A stretch of 64,000 nucleotides of DNA from a virus. This document shows, one piece after another, positions 46,472 through 57,800 of this stretch. The translations under genes were made by a program, and so were the position numbers. Position 1 is the first letter of the stretch; every line of letters begins with the position of its first letter. A model generated the notes under the pieces. It was not told where the DNA came from, did not search any database, and worked only from the letters and a program-made list of their open reading frames with translations. The DNA lies in the IMG/VR virus record IMGVR_UViG_3300035670_000089, positions 33,571 through 97,570 of that record, one strand, 5' to 3'.

Positions 46472-47677
46472 TTAAGTCGGGTTCCTTCGCCCCTTTATAC
46501 GCTCGTATTCCTTCTTCACCTCCACTTCTGAAAACACTCGCTTCTCCTTTTTAGCCCTCGCTTTAACTCGACTCTCTGCAACCTGATACAACATATTCAT
46601 AGTGGGAACCCCGCCTAGACTTACTTCCGTAGAGCCCGACGCCGCCGCACTCGTAACCGCTCCAGCCCCTTCAGAAAACTTCTCTAAACTCTCCGGGGCT
46701 ACAGTCTCTTCTTCCTTCTTCTCCTCAACGGTCTCTGTTGAAACATCGGCAGGTATAGATACACCAGCGCTAAGGATATACATGCCATCGGAATTACCAT
46801 ATCTCTGTGTATACATCTCCTCGTACAACGTGTACACACTTTCGAGTGTATCTAAATCCGAAATATCTTCAGCAATATCATCCGAATGCAAAGCCAAAAG
46901 CCATAGACTCTGATTGGAAGGAACTCTAGCATCATCCATCGGCGCCGAATAACTCTCTTTCTTATCGGCCTCTTTAGCTTGAGATGCTTCCTCTGGTGCA
47001 TACTTCGCCGCGGCGGCAATAATCTTCTTGCGTTCTTCTGGACTCTTCGCTTTCCCTCTCAATTTGAGCGCACTCACCGCACTCTTCTTATCAAAGATAG
47101 GAAACCGTCCTTTAGATAGAGTAGCGGTCTTCTTACGAGTATCCGACTTAACGTTGCCTTTATTAGTCCACCCCTCCGCCAGTATCACCAGTTCTTCATC
47201 GGTTAAAGAATTCAATGGGAGGTCTAGACTGTATCCTTCAATATAAGCTTTGTGGTATTCCGCATCCTCGTATAACTCATAATCACTACAAACATAATGA
47301 TCCGCACAAGGGAAATCATGCTTACGACAATACCGCTCAAAGTCAAAATACTCACAAGTCTTACAAGATTGCGAAACCGTAAACCCCGGAGGAACATCCC
47401 CCATCGGACGGTAACACGATAACTTCTCCCCCTTCTCCGTAAACGAGATTAACTTCTCTGCACTACTTCCCTCGTCTACCGTGGATAACTTCTCTTCTAC
47501 TGCATTACTCGACTTAACCGCAGGACTACTCGCTGGAGTATCCATAACACTGGTGGCTCCCTTATACTCCTCCAGAGTAGTTGTGGGTAGAGCTTTGTAA
47601 TCAAAACTACCTACTGCGCCATACTTCTCCGCAGTCTGTTGCTGTAAATACGCGAAAAAATCTAATTCCTGACTCAT
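46472..47677 (-). CDS. Multi-module head-morphogenesis-region protein with a four-Cys cluster
   Basis: CKTC-x8-C-x6-C-x5-C cluster, a GRFPI...ALKL small helical module and acidic linkers. Confidence 0.6.
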   Translation of the reverse strand: MSQELDFFAYLQQQTAEKYGAVGSFDYKALPTTTLEEYKGATSVMDTPASSPAVKSSNAVEEKLSTVDEGSSAEKLISFTEKGEKLSCYRPMGDVPPGFTVSQSCKTCEYFDFERYCRKHDFPCADHYVCSDYELYEDAEYHKAYIEGYSLDLPLNSLTDEELVILAEGWTNKGNVKSDTRKKTATLSKGRFPIFDKKSAVSALKLRGKAKSPEERKKIIAAAAKYAPEEASQAKEADKKESYSAPMDDARVPSNQSLWLLALHSDDIAEDISDLDTLESVYTLYEEMYTQRYGNSDGMYILSAGVSIPADVSTETVEEKKEEETVAPESLEKFSEGAGAVTSAAASGSTEVSLGGVPTMNMLYQVAESRVKARAKKEKRVFSEVEVKKEYERIKGRRNPT

Positions 47678-47778
47678 ATATATATAACGCAGTTCAACTA
47701 CTAAACTATACTAAGCTTACTCTATACTCCCAGCCCTACAAAACAAAGGATAATAGAAAATATACCAAAAAGATAAAT

Positions 47779-48411
47779 ATGAACCACACTTGGAATTACC
47801 CCCTCCTCGCAGCAGAATTGGATGTATTGAAATGGTATTACTTTAATGCAGAAGAAATAAACTTTAGAACCAATACGGGTTTATTGGAGGTTTTGGTCAG
47901 AGGGGAAGAGGAGACGGAAGAGAGGGTAGAGGTGTTTAAAGTAGAGGGGACAGAAGAGGAGATAAGAAAGCATTTGATATTTCCAGAGATATATGGTGTT
48001 CTCTGTTCTCTGTACAACTTACCCCCGCGGGACTATACCGAAGAACAGTTACTCTCCTTGAGTATCCTGTTTGAATATCTACAACACCCCATCAGTCGCT
48101 GTAAAATTTCCAAAGGAAATCTAAGCTATTACTACAAAGGGTATAAGTGGGAGAACCCGGATATCCCTCCGTATGAAGCTTTGGTATGCGGGAAAATGTT
48201 GAGAGAGGGGTATAAGGTAGAAGTCGTCCCCGGCAGTCACTTCTATATATACAACTCTCTTTCTCTCGCCCCGAGGAAGTTATACACAACGCAACACTTC
48301 TGTTCTTGTACTCATTTTGAGAGGTACAGAACGTGCAATCATCTAAATATGGTGCGGGGGGTATTGGAGAAAAAAGTCTTAAGGGAGTTAAGAGAATTAA
48401 GTTACTACTAG
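47779..48411 (+). CDS. SWIM zinc-finger protein
   Basis: FCSCTHFERYRTCNH (CxC...CxH) at 48301-48342. ATG 47779 is preferred over the track start at 47581, which overlaps the opposite-strand gene. Confidence 0.7.
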   Translation: MNHTWNYPLLAAELDVLKWYYFNAEEINFRTNTGLLEVLVRGEEETEERVEVFKVEGTEEEIRKHLIFPEIYGVLCSLYNLPPRDYTEEQLLSLSILFEYLQHPISRCKISKGNLSYYYKGYKWENPDIPPYEALVCGKMLREGYKVEVVPGSHFYIYNSLSLAPRKLYTTQHFCSCTHFERYRTCNHLNMVRGVLEKKVLRELRELSYY

Positions 48412-48468
48412 GATAAGTTGTAGTTACGCTAGACGTAGAACTCTTTCTTCAAAGGTCTGTACTTATCT

Positions 48469-49065
48469 ATGTCTAGCGATACCCTTAATGATATCCGGTG
48501 GGAACCTTACAGAAAACACTTCCAGTCCATACCTGTTTATTACTTTAACTCCCTAACCTATCCGGAAAGCTATGAACATTCCGAAATGATCCTTCGGGGG
48601 TTGGAGTTAGACATTAAGAATATAGAAGCGCAGTTCATAGAGCAAGAAACGGAACTACGCGGATTACCCGCATCACAACGGGAGATACAAGAAAGAGAAT
48701 ACGAGAAGTGGAAGACTAAAGCGCTCCGCGCGCAGAAGATGAAGTTTAACCAGATTCGTATTCTCGAAGCTTGGACTATGAACAACCAACCCGAATACGA
48801 AGAACGTATTCGCATTCTCGAAACTAATAACCTAAATCTACGTGTACGCGTAGAATCCCTAGAGAGTGAGTATCAGGAGTTACGGGAGTTACTCTACGCA
48901 CAACTCTCCGACGGCTTACAATCCGATGAGAATCTAGCTATACAGATACAAGCGGTGGAGAGTACGTTAACGGAGAGATTGGATGAATTGGAAGTAGACT
49001 ACACGGCGCTGAACACTAAAGTAGATACTCTAATCAATACTCCTACCGAGGGTACCGCCCCTTAG
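48469..49065 (+). CDS. Coiled-coil hypothetical protein
   Basis: 198 aa heptad-rich; converges on the portal gene with a 4-nt overlap. Confidence 0.65.
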   Translation: MSSDTLNDIRWEPYRKHFQSIPVYYFNSLTYPESYEHSEMILRGLELDIKNIEAQFIEQETELRGLPASQREIQEREYEKWKTKALRAQKMKFNQIRILEAWTMNNQPEYEERIRILETNNLNLRVRVESLESEYQELRELLYAQLSDGLQSDENLAIQIQAVESTLTERLDELEVDYTALNTKVDTLINTPTEGTAP

Positions 49066-50528
49066 GTTCTCTTAGGTTGTTTCTTCGATATCTGTTTAGA
49101 CTTATTCCCTGTGGAACGCCCCGGACTACCTGAACCTTTAGGGCCAACATCCCCTTCCCGAGGTTGTTTCTTCCGAGGTTCGATAAGAATCTCCTCGATG
49201 AATTTCATGTCGTCTTCGTCTCTTACCCGAGTACCCAATCTCAACATCTGCATAATCTTCGTGTAGTCTTCATCATTCCTCGGGTTCAGTACCGCAGACT
49301 CTACCAACCCTTTAATCATCTGCATGGTGGCTACTCTATCTTCCGAACGGTCGGAGTAGACGCGAGAGAAGGTAGGAGGAATACTAGCCGCGGCGCGATT
49401 AAAGTTCCACTGTTGTAAAGGAATGAATATCTTGCGGATTAAGTTCGATAAAAGCGCTTGCCGCTCTAACTCAATAGAATTCGTAAACAGCTCTATCTGT
49501 CGCTCTTGTGCTACTTCCTGCTCCCTCCCATCCATCACCGCCATGGATGTCAACAAGAAGGACGGGATAATATGCTTTATAGATTGGTGGTCCGCATATT
49601 CAATAGCTTTAACGAAAAGATCACCCACCGGGTCTTGAATAGCCTCCGATCCCACCTCAGGTTCCGTGCCCTGTTGCTGATACGGAAGAAAGATAACTTC
49701 GGGGATACCCTCAGTTTCATCAAACTGTTCCTTAATCAACTGCAGCGTCGTAATATAGTTCTCTTCTCCAGTAGACGGGTCAACCCGTACCTCTTGTGTA
49801 GGGAACGAGGGCATCTTAACCCAAAGAACTCGGTTCCCTAGTTTATAGAGTGAAGCGGACATCATATCGATTAGAGCTTCTTTAAGCCGCGTCCATTTAT
49901 ACGAAGGGGCGATTAATGACCTACCGTAGTAGTTCCCAAAATCACTCTCATTCGTTAAATGCACTAACTTCCATAAGTCTAACTGCTTCTCCTTTTGATA
50001 AAAACCACTGCTTAACTGCCATATCCCCGAACGATGATACCCGTCCGGCGTCTCCTTACCCTGCACTAATCTTCCTTTCTTGTCAGTGTAGATAATGATA
50101 GACTTAGGGTGATAAGTTATTAAATCTTGAAGAAAGAGTTTACCGTTAGAGAAGTGGAAGAGAATTTCGGATACTGAGTTACCCGCCCAGTATTTTGTTT
50201 CATTCATCACCTCGAGGCAGTTATAGAAGGAGCGACCGTTCAAATCCTCCAACTGTTTCAGATTACGGTTATGAAACTCTGCGATTTCTTTATCGGGGTG
50301 TTGAATCTCACCGATAGTGCCTAGAAGCCATTGAGTTCTAGCGCGTAGAGCCGCTTTTATTGTGAGGTCTTGGCGCCACAGTCTTTCGTACAAGCGCATT
50401 TGCGCCAACAGGGGTCTATGTATCGTGTTGTAATACGAAAAAGACCCCTGTTGGTTAACGTAGGAACCCTGTTGTTTTAACTTCCCTCTTACTTGCCTAC
50501 CGTCTTTATACTTGATGTCAGTATTCAT
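49062..50528 (-). CDS. Portal protein (DUF935/Mu gp29-like)
   Basis: LYERLWRQDLTIKAALRAR, GNSVSEI, GNYYGRSLI...W, LIRKIFIPLQQWNF. Confidence 0.88.
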   Translation of the reverse strand: MNTDIKYKDGRQVRGKLKQQGSYVNQQGSFSYYNTIHRPLLAQMRLYERLWRQDLTIKAALRARTQWLLGTIGEIQHPDKEIAEFHNRNLKQLEDLNGRSFYNCLEVMNETKYWAGNSVSEILFHFSNGKLFLQDLITYHPKSIIIYTDKKGRLVQGKETPDGYHRSGIWQLSSGFYQKEKQLDLWKLVHLTNESDFGNYYGRSLIAPSYKWTRLKEALIDMMSASLYKLGNRVLWVKMPSFPTQEVRVDPSTGEENYITTLQLIKEQFDETEGIPEVIFLPYQQQGTEPEVGSEAIQDPVGDLFVKAIEYADHQSIKHIIPSFLLTSMAVMDGREQEVAQERQIELFTNSIELERQALLSNLIRKIFIPLQQWNFNRAAASIPPTFSRVYSDRSEDRVATMQMIKGLVESAVLNPRNDEDYTKIMQMLRLGTRVRDEDDMKFIEEILIEPRKKQPREGDVGPKGSGSPGRSTGNKSKQISKKQPKRT

Positions 50529-50553
50529 ATTTATTATCTATAAGTAAGATGTA

Positions 50554-51111
50554 CTACTTTAAAACACGGTCCAGGGGATTAGATTGTCGAAGATTCTCGA
50601 AACTGCGGTTAGCTTGCGAAGTATCCTGTTCCATCCGAAGTTTAGACAATTCTTCCTCACGTTCCTTACGTATACGCTCGTTTAACTGCTGCGCCTCTCT
50701 CTTTAGAGCCTCTTTTATCTCGTCGGGATAACCGAAGCGTTGGACAAAGGGGTCATGGGCCATACCAATCCACTCAGTTAAGTTGAGCTTCATTCTTGTA
50801 CAGACCTCCATATACCCCACAATGTCATACTTCATCGCCCAGTGCTTAGAAGCCTCAACTCTCTGGAGATGGTAGTTCGCTACCATATTATCCAGATCTT
50901 CTTGAGTATACTTCGCGTACCGGATCGCCGGGTAGTACTCAGGTAAATAATTAAATTTACCTAAGTTATCGGCATAAACGGAGATTATCCCTTGAGATAC
51001 CGTACCCAACAGATTATCTAAATATCTTCGGGGGCGGGAGTAGTGGATGTTTTTGGAGATGCACTTCTCGGCTTGGCGTTGACTGACGCTAAAGGCTTCC
51101 GAACGCGCCAT
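50554..51111 (-). CDS. Tail assembly chaperone -1 frameshift extension (gpT-like); predicted fusion about 413 aa
   Basis: Lies in the -1 frame of the upstream gene, with a G GGA AAG slippery heptamer at 51120-51114. Confidence 0.75.
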   Translation of the reverse strand: MARSEAFSVSQRQAEKCISKNIHYSRPRRYLDNLLGTVSQGIISVYADNLGKFNYLPEYYPAIRYAKYTQEDLDNMVANYHLQRVEASKHWAMKYDIVGYMEVCTRMKLNLTEWIGMAHDPFVQRFGYPDEIKEALKREAQQLNERIRKEREEELSKLRMEQDTSQANRSFENLRQSNPLDRVLK

Positions 51112-51794
51112 TCCTTTCCCAAATGGGTAGCATCTTTACGCTCGTTCATGCCGATCGAGAACATCGAGATGAACACCGCCGTCGCATACAATACATCCAA
51201 CAACTCTAATTCGTATACACGAGAGAGAATGTTAGGAGATTGATCCACCGGCTCCCCATTAACATGAGTAAGGCAACTAAGGAAAAGCATCTCTTCCCAA
51301 GCGCAGCCATTAACCCGGGTTGAAGTATAGTCCTTCGTAACTGAAATCTGTACCGCGGAGGACGGACGGTAGAACGTCAAGTCCGAAGAGTTACAGGGCA
51401 GCATATCCTTCAGAAGGGTATAAGTCATACCGTTGGGGTCAGCGTTATACAACGCATCCGCTAGAGCATCCGCTTCATCTTGGTCTTCTTGTCCAATAAA
51501 GAAGGCGGAGATGAACGTCCGCATAATATACTGCTTATCCTTTAGATCCACTGCGTTAAAGCGCTCAATAGCATCTTTAGGGTTACCCGAGATTTCATTA
51601 CCTGCCCCGTCCCGAATACACAGAGCGCAAAGAAATTCTTCCATAGTATACCCAGGGCCCTGCGGATTATCGCGAGTTTCTCCTGGATACAGTTTTAAAG
51701 CGGTGCTGTAATCCTTGTACGTAGGCTTGTAAATGTTAACAGAATAACCGCCAACAAGTTTCTCTTTGGGTATAGTTACAATCCGATTTGACAT
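51018..51794 (-). CDS. Tail assembly chaperone (gpG-like), internally duplicated
   Basis: Two similar halves (YKPT...MEEFLCALCI...DLKD and YRPS...WEEMLFLSCL...ELLD) plus the slippery site. Confidence 0.72.
   Translation of the reverse strand: MSNRIVTIPKEKLVGGYSVNIYKPTYKDYSTALKLYPGETRDNPQGPGYTMEEFLCALCIRDGAGNEISGNPKDAIERFNAVDLKDKQYIMRTFISAFFIGQEDQDEADALADALYNADPNGMTYTLLKDMLPCNSSDLTFYRPSSAVQISVTKDYTSTRVNGCAWEEMLFLSCLTHVNGEPVDQSPNILSRVYELELLDVLYATAVFISMFSIGMNERKDATHLGKEWRVRKPLASVNAKPRSASPKTSTTPAPEDI
51114..51120 (-). promoter_or_regulatory. Programmed -1 ribosomal frameshift site GGGAAAG
   Basis: In frame as TTG GGA AAG, the same heptamer as the lambda G/T site; a -1 slip enters the 185-aa ORF. 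Confidence 0.8.
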
Positions 51795-51824
51795 ACAGTT
51801 AGGTTGGGTTAGATTAGGCTGGAC

Positions 51825-54800
51825 TTGAAGGCTTTATATACACCCTCATCTCCTAGCTTACTGATGAATCCAGACGAAGAAGATCCAATTTATCCCCAAG
51901 ATGCAGATGAATCCGCTTATGACCCTAATGGTGAAGATCCGGATGAAGGTTTGTATGAAGATTCATACGAAGATGTTGCGGATACAGACGAACACCAACC
52001 AGAATATAGCCCTGACGATGACGACAACAATGACGGTGCCGAAGAAAGCGCTGACGATACCGATGAACGCACTCTAACTGAAAAAGAGTTCGACGAAAGT
52101 AGTATTGAAGAACAGTGGATAAAAGAGAGTATCGCCAAAGATACTATCGACAGTCCTGTCCAAAAGTTCTTTGAATCTTTCCTCGAAGCCACTGACGACC
52201 CGTATAAAACTCTAGCAGATACCACCCGCCGCGCGTTTGAAGGTATAACCTCCAAACGACTCTCTTCAGAAGATGTCAGCAACATCAATACGTTCGTTGA
52301 ACGTATCCACGGGGCGGGACGAGATTTAACTCAACCGGAAAGCGTCGACGGTAAACTACGCTTCGAGAGTTCGGTACGACTCAAGCACACCGGTATCCGG
52401 AACAAAATAGTAGAGAAGACTGGACTATACCGTCCACCCGTAGGCTTCGTCAGCAGAACTAACGAAAGAGATTGGGTCGCCTACCACGCTGCCAATCGCT
52501 CTCAAAACCTCGCGGAGGTTCGTTTCCAACTTCAAGAACGCACCTACGTCAATGAACTCTTAACCAGAGGAGAACTCCACGCTACAGGTAAAGCGGGCAC
52601 GACTAGAATCTTAACGCAGAAGTATAACGTAACCGAAGGTCAAAGTACTGCCGATGCCGCTGGAGCGGCCGGACTCTTCATAGGCAACGAGTTAACCCTC
52701 TCCGCCCTTAACGCCGCGGGGAAAGAAAGTGGGATAGAAGCAGACGGAGTCCGGATGGAAGGCAAACAATCCTTCCACCCTAAAGTCGGTTACTACTCAG
52801 ACAATAACGATAACGTCACCTCCGGTTTTATCAGTACTCAAAACATTACTAAGGAATTGACGAAGATGCGGTCTCAAGAGGAAACCGTATTCTTTCACGC
52901 CTACCGCGCGAATAAACCGGGAGGCGGTAAAGTCACCCAAATCCTCCAGGAAATACAAGCCGTCACTGAAGCTCTCTTTGAAGGAACAGAAGAGCAAAGA
53001 ACTGAGAACAAGACTGAAGATAGCGATACAATCCGCTCCAATATAGAAAGTAAGTTCGCCACAAAACTAAAAGGGCGCCAAAATAACGTCGTCAAACTTA
53101 ATAAAGAACTCCTCTTGGGCTTCAAGAGTATGCTCTCCGAGCAAACCTCTAAATCCAATACTAAAGTTATTGTCAGTTTACAGCTCTTAGACTCTAATCT
53201 CTTTCATGATTATTCCTTAACGAAAGACGAGACAGCGAGACTAAGTGAGTTAAGCGGCAGAGCGGACTTAAGTAAGGAGGAGATAGCAGAGAAGAAGGCT
53301 CTGGAGTTAAAGGGCGACTTTAAGACATATAGGGATGAAGTAGCAGGGCATTTAAAAGAATTGGCATCGCAAAAGAGACTGGCGATTGGGGTAACCGCGA
53401 CCAGTTTTGGGGAGAATCAAGGGTTATACCGTCTCCTCGATAAAAACCGTCGTGATGACCTTCGGATAGAACTAACAGGACTACTCAATATAAAACAAGA
53501 CCAACGAACTGAAGAGAACACAAGGCGTATACAGGAGATAAAGGGTGACTTAAACCTTAAGGGGACAGAGGAGCAGATAAAAGCGAAGGCGGAGAAACTT
53601 GAACTCAGCGCGGAATCCAAAGACTTATTGAAGACGTTTTTGGAGAATGATGTATTCCGAGTATTGGCGTCGCAATATATGCACTCCAAAAGCTACGCAG
53701 TCCTACAAATGGAGAGAGGTGTATACAGCGGTGTTGACGCTTTAGGGACAATGTCCTCAAACTTCTCGATGAACAGTTATGGAAGGAGCATCGAGGTAGG
53801 GATACAACTAGGCGCTGAGGATATGAAAGAGGCGGGATTCACTAAGGATGAACTCGACCAAATCATCTTGCACTACGGCTATGGGATAGATAAAGGAGGT
53901 AAAGAAAACCTTAAGGGTCTCTTAATGGAGAAAAAGGGGGATACAAGAAAGACCGAGGAGTTTATGCGGACGCTCCGCGCAATGGGGGGTAAAGAGACAA
54001 GAGTTAGAGATAAAGCGGGTACTGCTCCCTTTAGATTTTCCGCAAGGTACGCCGACAATAAACTAGTAGGGGTAGATATCGTCCTTAAGGACCAATTCTC
54101 TATGAGTTTGACTATAGGGAAGGACGCGGTATATATAAATAAAGGTAACCGTATAATAACCGGGGCTACTTGGTTAAACCAAAGTTCCAAAGATATAACG
54201 ATAGCGAGTGATATCGTCGACGGTAAAAAACGGATAGTAAGATCTGGGGAGTCCGCACAGATAAGCGCGACCCAGGTCGCCGCGGCATTAATCGCCACAA
54301 TGGGCCGAACCAGCGCCTACGAACGTAACCAACGTTCGATGTTCCTTACCCTCCGTAAACTCGTCAAAAAGAGCGAGATAGAAAAAAGAAAACTATTCCT
54401 ACTCGCGGGATTAAAACCAGAAGAAATTCCCGAACTGTTACGGAGACTAGACAAGGTTGTTAATACCGAAGACCTAGACTTCTTTAATAAACAACAAAAC
54501 GTGGACATGGTGGCTAAAGCCATCGGGCACGATAGAGAACTGTATGAGTATTACTCCACTCAGACCCGCGTCGCTAAATCTGAAGTGATTAATCACTTAC
54601 TAGACGTGTACATGCAGACGCATGAATTACCGTATAGTCATTCGCAGTTGAAGCATAAACAACCCGTGATGGGAATTACGGACAGAGTTCTACAAAATCT
54701 ATTCGCGCGCCCGATAAACGAGAAAGTAAATAAGGAAAAAGCAAAACAAGAACGAATAAAAAGGAATCCCTACGCAGAAGGAGATATTCACGACTCTCTA

Positions 54801-57800
54801 GATACACTAGAACTATCGTCGTATATACTCAGTGACGTTAACTTCTCCCACGCCACCAAACTAGTTGATAGTGAGGGTAGACCTTACGTTCGAGGGGTAG
54901 CCGACATTTCTCGCTTCAAGAGTATGGACTTACTTGAGGTGTTTGGGGGTATATACAAAGCGAATACCGGTAGTCCTACTCCAATGAGTTTGGAACTTAT
55001 GCGTGCATTGCCGGGACTGGATTTAATAACCGCTAAAGAGTACAAACAACGATTGGCGGACTTAGGTGTTGACAGTAAACTATCGAAGCGTTTATTAGAC
55101 TCCGCGTTTGCGGCGCATAAAGAAAGAGCGGAAGACGAAGTAGATGACGATGCTGTAATGCTCTACTTCCCGTATAACAAAACAGACCAAATATCCCAAC
55201 GTCTAAAAAACCTTAAATCAGTGCGCCCTTTTATTGTTGCGTCTAGAGCCTTCACCAGTAAAGTAAGGAGCTTCGGGTTCGACAATATATTAACCTCGGG
55301 CAAACTTAAACCTGAAGAGATTATGGGTACAACAGTGGCTCAATCTCTAACTCCAGAACAATACGAGACAATGTTGGAGATAAAGAAAGAGATCGATGCG
55401 GATACCACAATAGTAAATAAAGATAGAGAATTAGAGAGAAGGTTAAAAGCAATAGACCTTAACCCCGACTCTGATGTGCGAGGCTTTACTAATACTCCCA
55501 GACGAGTTTTGGCGAGTATGGGGATAAGTCAAATGTCGGACTTCTCCTTTGTGAACGCGAATATCGCTAATAAATCCTCGTATATGTTTACGCATAGGGT
55601 GCAAACTGCTTTAAGTTACGAGGAGTTGGGTATATCTCCGGCGGAATTTAGCGGGAAGGTAGCTAAAACCTTAAGAGCCGGTACAATGTTCGCGGCGCAG
55701 AAGACTGAACTACAAACAGATAACGCTCTCTACAAACACATTCGGGATGTTTTAAGGTACAACACAAGCATGACAAACGAAGAGCTTCGGAATAATCTGA
55801 AGACTCTATCGAAGAATAAAGCTTTTGAGTTTCTAAAGAATGTAGACGCAAAGATTACTAAGAATGGGTTACAAATATCGATTAAACAGGGGGTATACAG
55901 CACTGTCTCAGATACAGGACAGTGGGAACTTCGTAAGATAGGTGACATCGCCGCCGGAAGTTCATTCTTCCATATCGAAGGTCTAACCAAGTATAAATCT
56001 TCCGGAAAAGACTCTAAGAGAGAAGTCTATATACCGATTAAATCCCCAGCAGTATCTAGAAGGGCGAATAGAGGATTGAGTATATTGACCGAAGACGCCC
56101 GGGTTGTCGTAACTGACCTGCAACCCAACATGGTAACTCTTACCTACGAAGCCCTCAGCGTACAAGAACTAACAAGTGGTCTCCGCTCGTCCACCGCTAA
56201 AGGTCCGATGAGTATGCGGTCAAAAGACCTGTTCGACACTTTAAAAGAATGGAAAGAGCGCGAGGGTTCCGATAAGTATGGACAATACGATACCCAAATA
56301 GACAAGGGAGAAGTATTCTCTCTTATCGCCGCCGGTCAAATAAAGGGCTTCCTCTTCGAGGCGGGCTTCGGCTTCCTCCGTATGGGTAAAGAATCTAAGA
56401 TCTATCAAGAAGTCGCTAAACCCTCCTCTGGTCTAAAAATAGCCGAAGCCATCGCTATCACAATGCTCGACAATAAATCCAAGGATACTCGTATATCAAA
56501 TTTATTGTTAGACGCATATGACACAGGTGTTCTATCTAAAGAAGGCAAGAAACAGTTTGTAAGTTTCTTAAAAGGTATATCGGACAAACCGGATACCAAA
56601 ACAACAAAATTTAAAGAAAAAGACATAAAAACGTTATACACAAGTAAAACTCAATTAGACGCATCATTGAGTATCTTTGGTGGATTAATGTCACTTACGC
56701 AGTCTAGTAGATTAGACTCAGATAAAAGCGTAGAGCAGTCTTTAATAGACACCGTCGCCGCTGCCTTAACCGGGGACGAAGAAGCACAAAAACATCTGCA
56801 GGACCAAGCTTTAAAACTCTTTAATACTACTCTCGATAAAGGAGAGTACAGCACAAAGATTGGTAATGAATACTCCTTTAATGAGTCTAAAGGTAAATCG
56901 GCGGCACTACTCGCCTTCATGTTGAGTGTCGGGCAAGAGTTAATCCAAGATATAGATATAGAAGAAAGAACAGGTAACAGAGATAAAGGGTTATTCGAGT
57001 TAGGGTTTGGGAAAGAATCCACTGACGAATATATCGAGAACAAAAAGTATGAGAGAGCCGCGCGGGCACAAGCGATAAGTATGAACAAAACTTTGCCGCG
57101 GGCAAATGAGATATACACTGAGGAGAACCTACGGAAGATAAGAGAGAAGCGTCAAGAGTTAGATAGAGCAACCGACGAAGCGGAGCGTAAAAAACTAGAG
57201 ATTGAGTTAAAAGCCTTAAAAGCCGGAGAAGATAGTGCTAAGAAGGCGAAGTTAGATAACTTACTGTATGAGATGTATACCGCCGGGCAGACTAATCGGT
57301 TTATCACGCTACCCGTAAATATCGACATCAACAAAATTACGCCCGCCGTAGGGATGCAGGACTCTACCTCCCTAGAAGGCCACTACGCTCAATTCTTAAC
57401 GCAGAAACAATTAAACCTGTACACCTATACCGCTAGAGAGAAAGAAAAGGCGTCTACTCTCCAAGAGTCTCTAGTTGTTATCGGAGGCCTTCTAGAGGAA
57501 TACCGTGGCGGTCTACTAACCGCTCAGAGAGTTAGTAAGTTTTACAGTTTCCGTCGCTTCAATTCAGTATTATTAGCCGATACAAAAACACGAAATAAAT
57601 TACTTAAAGAGTATATCCCCGGGAAGGATAAGAAAGCGGAGCGGCGTAGACTAAACCAATACGCGGAAAGTCTATCTTTCTTAGCGCAGTTTAGTGAGTC
57701 CTATAGTCACTTCGCCTCGGAAACCATGCCCCTCATCTTTAAACGTCAGGAAGGGTTGGACAATGTCTACGATGTGGAATCCGCGTACGAGACGTTCTTT

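Noticed and set aside
47581-47778. Track start of the SWIM gene at 47581
   Set aside because: It overlaps the opposite-strand gene and an AT-rich intergenic region; ATG 47779 is more plausible
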